From contig JBEWZL010000124.1 in assembly GCA_045837725.1 (NCBI GenBank), positions 310,001 through 374,000 of the forward strand: a stretch of DNA of 64,000 nt, in the 5' to 3' direction. Source of the stretch: Vermamoeba vermiformis. Taxonomy: Eukaryota. Below the pieces are notes generated by a model. That model did no database searches and had not been told where the DNA came from. It saw nothing but the letters and a program-made list of their open reading frames with translations. Numbering within the stretch: the first letter of the stretch is position 1; every line of letters begins with the position of its first letter. This document shows positions 1 to 11,303 of this stretch, one piece after another. Both the position numbers and the translations under genes were made by a program.

Positions 1-1412
1 TAATGGCTCGCGTTGAGTTGTGCGTAGCAGTCAAGAATAGGAATGACCCCTGAATTAACCACTGTGGCTGGTACAACGATCGGTGCGATTGGAGCAATAG
101 GCGTGGGACCTACGAGTGAAAAGTTTAAGGAATACGTCAGTCACCCTTTGCCAATCAGACTCACTAGCAATGTGAATGACGTAAACAGTGTTGAGCCAAA
201 TAACGTTGTTCGAGAAGCCAGTCTCAAAGACACCAAGTGCGAATCGGTAATAGCCAGGCACAGCACTCGTTAAATTGACTATCGCCAAGAATGTCTGACT
301 ACGGGAAGCTAAGTGTCACGTTTGTGAATTCGCTGACAGCAATGGCATTTGTCTTGTCGTAGAGAGGATAGACCAAGAACTGTAGTTCCCCCGATGTCAA
401 TCCAATGCCATTGCCAGCAAGCTCGAGGCTTAGGTACGTGTTTCCATCAGATTCTAGCAGACCAAAAGACACGCTTGGGTTGCTAACTATGATGCGGGCA
501 GGAGGTGCCAGAGGTGCGGTCAGCATATCAATAGTAACTCCGGCTCCAGGACCAGGTAACACGACACCATTGGAACCCCACGAATAAGCGCGAATGTAAT
601 CGATTTCCATCGTCACTGGGAACGGGGTCGTGCGAGTCTGGTGGACCGGCCCAGTCACCTCCAACAGCCAAGTTGGCCGAGATGTACATAGGCGTGTTGA
701 CGAATGCAAGTGGCATTAGCGTCGAATACCAATAAGTCATCAATGTACCAGTAGATCCGATCGGGAGTCCATTGGATGCCGTACTTGTGAAAATTTCCAT
801 CGGCCAAGCTTGCATTTTGAACGGTGCCAGTAGTCGGACCAGTATTATTGCAGTATCGTGCAAAATGAGCAGTATAAGGCGCGTCCAATGTGAATTGAAT
901 GTCCATGCCGTTAGTTCCTGAATTGCAAAGTTAGCTGCATCCGTTAAAATTAATTGACAGGTCGATAATTAAATCATTTCTGTGTGACAATTTAACATTA
1001 CTATTAGAGTAATAATGTTACCTATGAGGGTATCTTGCGGGAGAAGACTAAATGCAGCACGAAGACCTCTTGCTGTTGGCCATCTGGCTCGAAACTCGTA
1101 ATATCCAAATGTTTGAGTCCAACGGTCCTTCGTCGTAATTACTCCCGAAGTATATATTTGAGAACCCGCTTGGGTTTTACTGGCTATGATTCGTAAAGAA
1201 GTTGAAGTGAAATTGAACGCATCCGGCGAGTAAGTTTGAAGTTCGTTGTTACCAACTGGATCCGGCGACCAATGAAAGACTGGAATCCACGACGAGCCTA
1301 GCTGAGTTTGCCCATTAAACTCTTCTGAGAATGTTTGTGTCCATCCCGCAGCGGCAAATTGAATAGAGACTACGGAGATAAATAAAATAAATAAGCTAGC
1401 TCTTGCCGTCAT
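1..1412 (-). CDS. Secreted GH16 (laminarinase-like) domain protein with extra C-terminal domains; catalytic Glu residues apparently absent; 3' end outside the window; three apparent frameshifts
   Basis: N-terminal signal peptide. GH16 motifs FSEEF, YTSG, FGYYEFRARWP, FHKYGIQWTPDRIYWYID, PMYISANLAVGGDWAG and MEIDYIRAY. Intron 918-1021 joins LLPQDTLIG to TNGMDIQF. The frame changes near 700, 632 and 300 without splice signals. Confidence 0.8.
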
Positions 1413-1841
1413 CCTTTGCTCCTTAATTTAAGTTAAAACAATTGTGTCGACGAGCAAATTATTTGATTGAGACTCTTTTGTCACATAGAACTCATTTTTT
1501 GTCCAGAATGATCGGTTGACACGCGTCAAATGAGAATTTTCGATAATTAAATTAAATGCTCGAACTCATAACCGTTTACTATTACGATCTTACCTTTTGT
1601 GTGGTGGAACGGAATTGCATCTGGCCGAAACTTCGGAGCAGATTAACTTTGACTATCTGCCAAGTTGCGTGGCTGTCTTCGATCTTCTGCAACTACAACA
1701 TGCACTTGTTCGATCGAAATTAGTCAGATCCGCCCAAAAGTATGGCTTCCTTGTGTAACAGGACAAAAGTATTTTTTCTGCAGTTTCCGTTTGGCTTCTT
1801 TTGTTGAATTTATAAACCAACCAGCGCAATACAAGTAGAAG

Positions 1842-3560
1842 ATGAATACGTTGAGGTCATTTCTACAACGGTCTGTTACCCGTAGATGTTTGACAATCAG
1901 AAGATGCGCACCTGGTTCAAAAAGTATTTTTAGCGGTCACAGAGCTCAATTAAAAAATACGAAAAAATGTTATCCGTCATTTGTTAATATTACAGAGCCG
2001 ATTTCAATGCAAAGTAAGCGCAAACCAATTATTATTAGTGAAATCATTTTCATCGCGTGTCTGATCCAAGCTCTATCGGCATTCTAACACTTTATAAGAG
2101 CGATTTATACGTACCTCGATTGATGAGAAGAGCAATTCAACAACTAACAAAGAGGAAAATGACGATAATACCGGTAATTAGATCGGATCTCTGTCTCAAA
2201 GCATATTAATTCTAATAATTGCGATCAGAAATGCTTACCTCTTTAGGAAATGAATTAATGGCCCAGATGCGTTATCAAGAAGCCATTGAAGTGTTTGAAC
2301 GACTCTTTGCACAACATAAAAAATTGGCTCCAGAAGCTCTGCTCGAAGTTTTTAAGACCCTCACTACATTATACAGTAATTTGCGCTAGAATATATTTAT
2401 TGATGTATATTTAACGCTATTCTTATTATAGCTCGCGTTGGCCGCGGTGAAGAAGATTCTTTAACGTTGGTGTCAAAACTGATCGAGATTCGCGAAGGCT
2501 ACTCAGCGAGTGAACTGCTGGATAGAGCACGTGAATACGCCTCAGAAAAGCAATATGATAAAGAGTACCTATACCTTTGCAAAATGGCTTCTGCGTTTGC
2601 AGAGCACGTGAAAGATCCTCTGTTCGAAATTTTCCAAGCGAACCTTGAGTAAGTCTCGATCGATTACCTTATCTTTGTGTTAATTTATAGACTAATTTGG
2701 CAAAAAAGAGATAAGCATGAGGAAGTTATCAAACTGGTAGAAAAATTATCTGAAGATGAAATTGTACCGCAAATTTGGGATTTCTTGGCACAAGCTCAGC
2801 TCAATCTTGTAAGTGATACGGCTCTATATTATCACCTTTAATATTATACTCGATAAAATTACTCCTTGTGCCGTTCAATCGGATCCGACGTCCACATAAA
2901 TTTCATCCAAACAATAAGCTTTATCGCTCTTAACTATTTCATATTTTAGGGCAAGCCCGAAGAAGCATTAAAGTCCGTAGAAAAGGCGCTCGAGAATTCA
3001 CAAGATGAGAGTTACGTTGAACTGCGAAGGCCGTTCGTGAATACAAAAATTCAAGCGTTACTTCGATTAGGCAAGCCCGAAGAAGCTATGAACGTTAATG
3101 AAGACCAAGATCCTAACTACTTCATCACTCATCGATCGTTAGGACAAATTGCTTATGCCTTAGGTACCACCAAACTTTTTCAAGATCCAATCTGACTTTG
3201 TCCTCGATAGGCGAATTCGATGATGCGCTTACTTGCTTTAACGAGGCTATTGAATTGCATGAAACAGTACCTGTTGACGTCAATAGATACAAGTCATATT
3301 TACTTAAAGCAACCGCACTGGATGCAAAAGGAGATCTGCAAGAAGCAATCAACACTTACGAGTATGTATTGTGGATCAAACCTGATGAGCAAATATCAAT
3401 GGAACGATTGGCTGCGTTGTATTTAGACATCGATCGCATTGACAAAGCCAAAGGACTGCTCGAGAAGTTAATCGAGCTGCGACCAACTGATCAAAAACTA
3501 CTCAGCAAAATGGAATACGTCAAAGCGCGAGAGAATCGATCGAATAAACTACAAGAATAA
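1842..3560 (+). CDS. TPR-repeat protein with an Arg-rich, possibly mitochondrial, presequence
   Basis: Spliced TPR-like helices (LGNELMAQMRYQEAIEVFERLF, LGEFDDALTCFNEAIEL, KGDLQEAINTYEYVLWIKPD). The start and first exons are less certain. Confidence 0.7.
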
Positions 3561-3597
3561 AAACCGATGTAAATACTTGCGGCGATGATCAAAAGTT

Positions 3598-5052
3598 TTA
3601 CTTGGCTTGCAGTGTGACTTGACTCATTGCAGCAGTCGTATTATTCACAGTATTATCGGCATTAGCACCAGTTGTTGATGGTTCTGTTGTAGGCGGCAGT
3701 GACACGGCAGCAATAGATGTGAGGGGCTGATTGATGACTTTCTCATCGACACGTGACTTCAGCACTTGGAAGGCTGGCACAACCCAAGCACTGATTTAAA
3801 TGCATATTTAGTATAGTCAGATAGACGAGATATACTATATTATGCAGGATGTACTTACCCACAACTACATTGGAACCCGTCCCATCGATAAGAACCCACT
3901 CGACTCGCGCACTTCGGACACTGGATCTTGCCGTCCAATGAACTCAAATCGCCCATCCACTCCTTCTCTTCAATAAAGTGCGCTGTGCATGCGACTGGCT
4001 CACTCGTGTGCTTACTACAAACGAAGTTAGTCTCGTGTACTCGCTGTTGACACGTGTCACTTACGCTCGTTTGTTCCAGTCAAAAGACTGCTGGCCCTCA
4101 CCAGGCACGTGATCGACCATCTCGGTGTCATCGAACAGTCGTGTTCGGCACACACGGCACGTGTAGTATTTAGTCGGTTCAATCGTCTTTTCAATTTTTT
4201 CTTCATCAGCCAGTGCCGTTGTTTCCGGGGTATTGTTATTAGCCATAGTATTATTGGCGTCGCTATTAGTGGTATTTACAGAAGGTGTTTCAGCGGATGT
4301 GGTTTCAGGATTAGTTTCATTTGGTTTGGCCTCATTATCAGTGGTGGGTGGTGCCGGTGTAGGATTTTGTTTCTTCCACCGCTCGCTTAATTTTTTGTGA
4401 TATTGATTGAGTTGTTTGATGAATCCAGGGTTTGGACAGGCAGGAGGACATTTAGACTTGACAAATTCAAGTGCTTCGTCGACTGTGCATCTCTTTTTAC
4501 GCATGACGTATGCTGTAGCGATGGTAGGTGCGCGTGATACTCCGGCATTGCTAAACCAAAGATCAGATCGCGATCCGTCAAAAAATATTTTCAATGCGTG
4601 ACAATATAAAATTGGATCATTAACAGCATCTAAAGTCTTTGTAATATTTAAAATATTTTTGTAGGTATCAAACGGTCGGTGGAATTTTTCTGCCGTTTTT
4701 CCTTTATTTTCAATCATGCAGATCCCACGAATTTCTCAAAACAGCAGATATAACTACGAAAATATGCATATTATACTTACCAGTGAATTAAAACGCCACC
4801 AATTTCTCTTCCTTCTTCGATAAACGGTGCGCATTTATCAAAATATTTCATAATATTACTATCTTCCGTGTCCAATACGTCCTCGAGGATTGAATACTCA
4901 AAGTTGAATGGGAATGACTCGTCGAAATCACCAACAGCAATAATATGCGTAATGTCGAGCTTGATCAGCATCGGCTCGTTCTTCGAGTGCTTCAGATTTC
5001 CAACGAAGACTTTCGGCCAGACTTCGCAAGGTTGATCTCCGTGTTCTGCCAT
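3598..5052 (-). CDS. DUSP12: Dual-specificity phosphatase of the DUSP12/Yvh1 family with a C-terminal zinc-binding domain
   Basis: Removing intron 4551-4780 gives VLIHCNAGVSR. The C-terminus has CRVCR...GKIQCPKCASRVGSYRWDGFQCSCG..VVPAFQV. Confidence 0.92.
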
Positions 5053-5105
5053 GGTGTTCTAGGTTACGAATACTTCATAAACTGACAATTGGTGCTATTT
5101 GGGGT

Positions 5106-5119
5106 CGATCACGTGATCG
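5106..5119. promoter_or_regulatory. 14-bp perfect palindrome CGATCACGTGATCG (E-box core) in a ~130-bp divergent promoter
   Basis: Lies between the DUSP12 start (5052, -) and the start at 5183 (+). Confidence 0.5.
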
Positions 5120-5182
5120 CGCGGTGGTAATTTTTCCTGCAGGTCAATTTTTTCCAAGTCCATCCAAAACATACAAACACAA

Positions 5183-6309
5183 ATGAAGAGTATTATTTGT
5201 TTGTTAGTCCTCGCTCTTTGCGCTATTGCCTTAGCCGATTCTATTCAAGGCAAATGGGTGCTCCAGACCCAAACCCAATTCAAGCACAGCGGACCTGATT
5301 CATATCAATTCTGCGTGCCCGTTGGTGCTCGCGTTAAAACTGATAAGACCTTCATCAGCATGCAAGTCGTATTCGAGGAAGTCTTCCGTTATATGACTGT
5401 CGACTTTGACTTCAATGGCAAGGGCGAAGATCACATCGAAAATGTCGAAACCAACATTGTTACCTTTATGTTGAATGATTATCAAGGCAATGCTTTCAGC
5501 AACTGGAATAACATTGCTATTGCCAACGGCACTCTTACTGGCACTATCAAATCCGACAAAAAGCCCTTGAAGATTATTTTCTCTGTTGCAGTTAACAAGC
5601 CCACCGAATTGGAGCATGTTCCCAGAGGTAATTGGCATAATTATTTATAGACATTATTGGATATTTTGACGATAATTATAACGATAAACAAAGCAATCAA
5701 AATTCAATTTCGGATTTTGACCTCCGAATATTTCTGATCGAAATTTTTGTGATATTAGCCGTCGAGAAGTGCGAGCGATTCTATGTTGCTCAAGAGACCA
5801 CTACCACTACCGTTGAAACTGCCGGCGCTGTTGCTCGCTTCCACACCGGCATTGTTTTCTTCATCTTCTCCGCTTTTGGATCTTTCTTCTTGACTCTTAG
5901 CTGCTGCCTCTGCTGCTTCTTGATCGTTAGACGACGTGCCTGCAAGAAGGCTTGCGCCAACCAATCCAAGTTCTCCGATGAAGAGATGCAAGGCATGTAC
6001 CCAGGAGAAGTAAGCCAAATCCAACAAGAACAAGAGAAGATGCGCAAGGAAGAACCTGCTCCTGTGCAACAAGTGCCTCAACCTATCTTCTATATTGCTC
6101 CTCAAGTTCAAGACGGTCAACAGCCTTACTTCATGCCTCCTTCGCAGTTCTACCCCATGATGCAACCCCAATATGTCCAATTCGTTCCCGTAAGTATTTT
6201 TATTTAGCTTTTAATTATTTACGCTACAATGTCAGTGCAAAAATGATATTATTGTGGTTATAGAACTGTAACTAATTGATTTGTTCCGTGGCAGGCTCCT
6301 CAACAGTAA
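5183..6309 (+). CDS. Type I membrane protein of unknown function (signal peptide, beta-rich ectodomain, Cys-rich TM end, Pro/Gln/Tyr-rich tail)
   Basis: ORFs 5183-5650 and 5749-6207 are joined by a GT-AG intron. TM segment IVFFIFSAFGSFFLTLSCCLCCFLIV. A short last exon ends at TAA 6309. Confidence 0.75.
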
Positions 6310-6610
6310 GTTCATTACTGCTGACTCTGCGAATGGATTATGAGACTTAGTTATGTAGATAGTGCGCGAGACTATATGCGCATCATATTAGGTAAATAAA
6401 AAGACGTTTTGTCGAAGTTATTTGTGACGTCGCGTATGTGCTCCGAAGTGGTCGTTACAGCGACTACCACGAATGATTATTGATACACTAACTATAATTT
6501 TCAATGCGTCTTGTGTTACTTTATCGATATACAGGCCATGACGGCTGATAATAGTTACACAAGGTGATATTTACAAGTACAGATGTGGGCTTACATAGCG
6601 ATCTTGCAAC

Positions 6611-7600
6611 TTATTTCTTATTCTTTTGTTCCCATTCTGGATACTCTTTGCATGCTTGTTGCAGCTTTTTAATATAGCTAGGCACGGCTTTAGATAAAAC
6701 CCAGTTCTGCAACCACGAAGGAATCGAATCCATTTTAGGATCATCGAAGTAGTCAAAGAACAGCTAATATTAAGCATTAGTACTCAAAATACACTTAGTT
6801 TTAAGTTGTTTAATACATACTTCCATGTCGTTATCGCCCTTAGCTCTGAGTACTAAGACGGAGTTGTAGTGATCCACACGTACGAGCTTAGACTTCGTAT
6901 GCTTAAATCGCTCGTCTTCAATCGAGCGTCCTGCTAAAATCCATATACCTTTCTCTTCAATGACCTACAAAACAGAAGTTTGAGACTGGATCCCAGGCGT
7001 GCAACAAGAAAATTCGGATGTGCTTCGTGTAATTGACGAATTTCGGTGTTAATCCGTGCTTATACTTCACGAACTTACGGCAGGGAATTGCTTGAAGACA
7101 TATTCGCGGTTTGAAAAGGGAAAAGGGAACTTTACTACCCAGTAGATCACATCTCCGTCGTGCTTGACCAATTCTATCCGAAATAATATTAAATCATGGT
7201 GTTGATTGATTTTATGACGATATTTCCTCGTACCTGCAACGTGCTCGTCCCATTTTTTTCGATAGTCGAGATCCTGGTTGAATTTGAAGAATACCTTTGG
7301 GTCAATTCCGTTCATGACACCATGAGCACGATATTCATATAATCCACTCCCCTATTTTATGGAATTACATTTGATCAGAAGATTTCAACAACAATTTTAT
7401 TGAAAATAATTGAAAAACAATTAACGTCAAAAAAATGATTCAATTAGCTGTAGTATTGTTATGTAATATCAATGTACCTCTTTTTTCTTTCGCCAAATTT
7501 TGAAGCCATCTTTGTCGCTGACTTGGTCCCATCCCTCAAGATCCATCTTGTCAAAGATGCTTGCATAATAATCCTGTAATTTATTGTCGAAATCTGCCAT
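6611..7600 (-). CDS. START-domain lipid transfer protein (PCTP/StARD2/7-like)
   Basis: Motifs GWDQVSDKDGFKIWRK, DLDYRKKWD, VIYWVVKFPFPFSNREYVF and a C-terminal helix AVPSYIKKLQQACKEY. Confidence 0.85.
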
Positions 7601-7755
7601 CGTGCTATGATTTTTGCTTGGAAACGTGTTCGCTCGGGACAATTGTAGTTGAATTAATGAAAAATTGCGCTGGAACAATGTCACTCGAGCAAGACTGACG
7701 GGTACATAATTAAATTTACTCCTATTGAACGATGTTTATTTAGTCTATTGTCTTA

Positions 7756-8921
7756 TCATGACTTTTCTTCGCTAGCTAAGGTTTCATTCGGGATCCAGTT
7801 ATTAACACCAACAACATTCTTATTTGCGTCGGGGTTATACCGGTCATTAACGATCGGTTCTATAGGCAGTAGCTCTTTTGAATTCGGCAAGCTATTATTT
7901 ACAATATCTCCGGCGATTGTTTGCGCGTAATTTAGTTTGTTCTTGGTGACATCGTGGTTGACAAATATCGGGCTATTTTTAGCAGATTAATATACCTCTA
8001 AATCAATATAGTATATCGATCTCACTTACTTATTTACAAAGTTCTCGTTATACGTTGTTTTCTCGGGTTTCAACACTGCTACGTGTCGCGTCAGATTCGT
8101 CCAGGTCGTGAAACGTTTGTGGCCTACTGCGTGCATATTCTTACAATATACCTTAAGTAATGTTAGTATACCTACATTGATTAAAAATGAGGGCAATATT
8201 ACCCTATCTCCTTTCATTATAAGGCCGTCCCAGCCTCCTCGCAAAAGTTCTGGATCAATCCACAACTGTCCGTTCTTCCGTTCAAAATCTTGGTCTCGGG
8301 CCAATAAAGCAAAGCACTTCTTACACCGGAGGCCGAAATGATATGGTTTTTGCTGGTATAGTAACGATTATAATTCGTGAAACGGATCGACAGAAATTTC
8401 AAAAAGTCAATATGCATCATCAGGTTAATATTTACCTTTTTGCTCGCAGTTCCATCTTCTCCTCCAAGCCATGGTCCGTAAGTTCTTTTTTTCGGATTTT
8501 TTGGCTGATCCGCAGCTTCGGATGTTGATTTTTCTTCTCCTGAGTGGTCATCGATTTTGTTATTTGCATTAATAATATTATTAGCATCATTTCCCTCGGT
8601 ATTTGTAACTATGGTAGGAACTTTTGACTGTGATTTATCGTCATCAAGCCCAAAGTCTGATATCAAAGGCTCGGATTTTAACTGTCTCAATACGGAAGAT
8701 GTTCCCCGTAATATTCCTCTATTTACATTATTATCTACATTTTTTTTCTGCTCGTTTTGATCGTTTTCTTGTAAAAGTAAGTTTGGATCCGTACTACTTG
8801 AACTCAACGATCCACTCTGTCTGTTTTCTTTCCTCTTCTTCTGTTTATAATTTTTCTTCCTTAATTTTCTTTTCTCCACACTCGTCAATTCATTCACAAC
8901 GGGTTCTTGTATGGTCTCCAT
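7756..8921 (-). CDS. Hypothetical protein with a basic low-complexity N-terminus and a Yippee/CULT-like Cys/His zinc module
   Basis: Spliced product contains GLRCKKCFALLA...KVYCKNMHAVGHKRF. Lys-rich NLS-like N-terminus. Confidence 0.6.
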
Positions 8922-9063
8922 GTTGCGATAAAAATTAGAACTGAAAAGAACCGGCTGCCCGAATTTTCCTTTTAAGGAAAGATTTTGCATTGTACCAAAG
9001 AGAGGTAAGGACAAAATACGCGTGTATTAATCGTAATTTATATTTTGGTAGTATTTACAATGA

Positions 9064-9877
9064 TTATTTCGAGTGTTGCAGCTCCCGCAACAATTCTTTT
9101 TGTCTCCAAGCTTCCCACAGCAGCATTCCAACGCTCGTTGCTAAATTAAAAGAAGGTGTATCGAATGTGCGATGAGGGTTCTGTAATAATACGAGTTAGT
9201 TGATTTGCAAGATTGAAAAATGGATCGGATTCGAAGACGGTTGAGAGTTTCGTAGTTCAAATAGTACTTACGAGCATAGGAATATTTACAACTTTTTCAT
9301 TTTTTAGTTTTTCTTCGCCTAATAGTGAATAAACACCTTTAGACTCGCTACCAAAGATTAAAGTTACATCCTGTTCGAGAGACTTGGCGAATGTAGTGTG
9401 CATTAAGCTTTGTTGTCCAAATTTGGAAATAAAATAGCGATTAGGCATTTGAGGCAATGCTTCTTTTTCAAATTCCTCCCAATCTATTCACACCGCGTCA
9501 ACAAAATATGGATGCAACAACTCGCGTGCTTAGTAAGCTTACCCTTATATTGACGCAAGTCCACGTGCTGCCAATAATCAAGACCGGCACGCTTAACCTT
9601 TGATTCATCAAGGCTGAAGCCTAGAGGGCCTACCAGGTGCTGCAAAATTCGTTCGTTTAATTGGTGCATTTTATTAAATTATTTAATTGCTAAATTTGTC
9701 GCCCTAAGGTACATTATTATTTCGGCATTTATTTGATATTGTTTAATTAATTTTTTGAATTTTTAAAAGGTGTCAACTGAGTTCACGTACCAATCTGGCT
9801 CCAAAGCTGAGACAAGTCCTTCCAATAGCGCCTGTGTTCCATGGAATTAGTGGCCTTAATAATACAACGTGCAGCAT
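9064..9877 (-). CDS. trmL: SPOUT methyltransferase, bacterial TrmL (tRNA C34/U34 2'-O-methyltransferase)-like
   Basis: [58 protein letters not shown]...[18 protein letters not shown]. Three introns. Confidence 0.88.
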
Positions 9878-10009
9878 GGTCGTGTCTGCTCGGTTGTGTG
9901 CAAAATATTTTATAAAATTTAGTCGCTGCACAAAAACATCGCACGATCCAAGCTAGCCGACAAAATTTCCATAGAAGGAACAACACAATACATATATTGC
10001 GTATTAACA

Positions 10010-11042
10010 ATGAATACTAGATCTAATTGCGTTGCGCTGCTTATTGGCCTTCTAATTGCATGCACAGTTGCGAGCAAACAAAACGCTGCTTTTTTCGGCC
10101 TCTGTAATATATGTGTACGTATTAATACGACATTAATTATATAATAGAATACTTTAATTTTCATACTACTTCGAGTTCTGATCTGTCCGCAATTACTTAC
10201 TTAGGTTCCTTTGCTCGAGTACGAAGGCGGAGCGCTTAAAGATTTATTTCAAAGTAAGAGTATAATATAACTTAATTATAGCTGATGGAACTTAACTCGT
10301 TTAAAATAAAGGCGGTGAAACCGGTGATAGCTGCGCTTCCCTCTGTTCACGCCTTCCTGAACAAGCAAACGCAAGTTGCAATGGAGTGTGTAGCTTTATC
10401 GGCTTACAACAATTTATTGGCCTTATCAGCTTGTAAGTACTCATAATAATCCCTGATCCGGATTAAAAAATACTGATAAATTTCAAAATAACAATTGCAT
10501 TTAGAGCTCAGTTCAAGCCTCTCAAGAGCTGCGTGACGATGCGCATGTGCAAATACAACGAAAATGCGGCGGCCAATTTTACTTCATGGGCTGTTAATCC
10601 TTACGCTGCTGATCGAGGCTCAAAATTTTCGGTACAATTCACTTATACTCTCCAAAACGAATGGCCGATAGGAGAATTGAAGTATCAAGTCATGGATCTA
10701 GACGATAATATTATAGATGGTAGGTTTGCCTGACTTGTAACGATAAGTATTAATACTAAACGGATCGCAGAGGACCATCTTGATTATCTCGTTGGAAAAA
10801 AGCCTGGTGATTTTAAGAAATCATTCTCATTCAAGCCAAAAGATAAGCAGTACAAGGCTAATACAGACTACAAGGTCGTTGTTGGTACGTGCAGTTTTTT
10901 GAACTGTAGATCGACTTTTCTAACTTATATTAATTGAGGTTTATGCAACACCGATTGTGGTATTTCACCTATTGCAGAAGCTACTATCCAATTTCATATT
11001 AACAACGCAAAATTGGCGTCATCCGTTATACAGATCAACTAA
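10010..11042 (+). CDS. Countin-like secreted protein (saposin-like domain plus C-terminal beta domain)
   Basis: Signal peptide followed by CNIC...SCASLCSRLP..CNGVCSFIGLQQFIGLI..PLKSCVTMRMCKYNENAAA..VNP..GSKFSV..CNTDCG. The Cys pattern and motifs are collinear with Dictyostelium countin as recalled. Confidence 0.8.
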
Positions 11043-11303
11043 ATTGCACTTACGGATTCAAATAGCAGTACCTTAGTATAATTTGAAACGGAATATGCGC
11101 ACCGTACATCGATTTACAAACGGTACTATTTGTGTACCGCCACGTGCTATGACGTATCACGTGCTGAGCTTTTCTTACTTTTTTGGGTTTTTTTTTCATT
11201 CTCGCGAACTTCTCCACAGAGCAACGATATAATTGTATTTTATTTATTTATACGTAATTTATAGATTTAGACCCGGCATTTAGTTCGACCAAGATATAAA
11301 ATT

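Noticed and set aside
4551-4717. N-terminal part of ORF 4061-4717 as a separate gene start
   Set aside because: It lies inside the DUSP12 intron 4551-4780; splicing restores HCNAGVSR.
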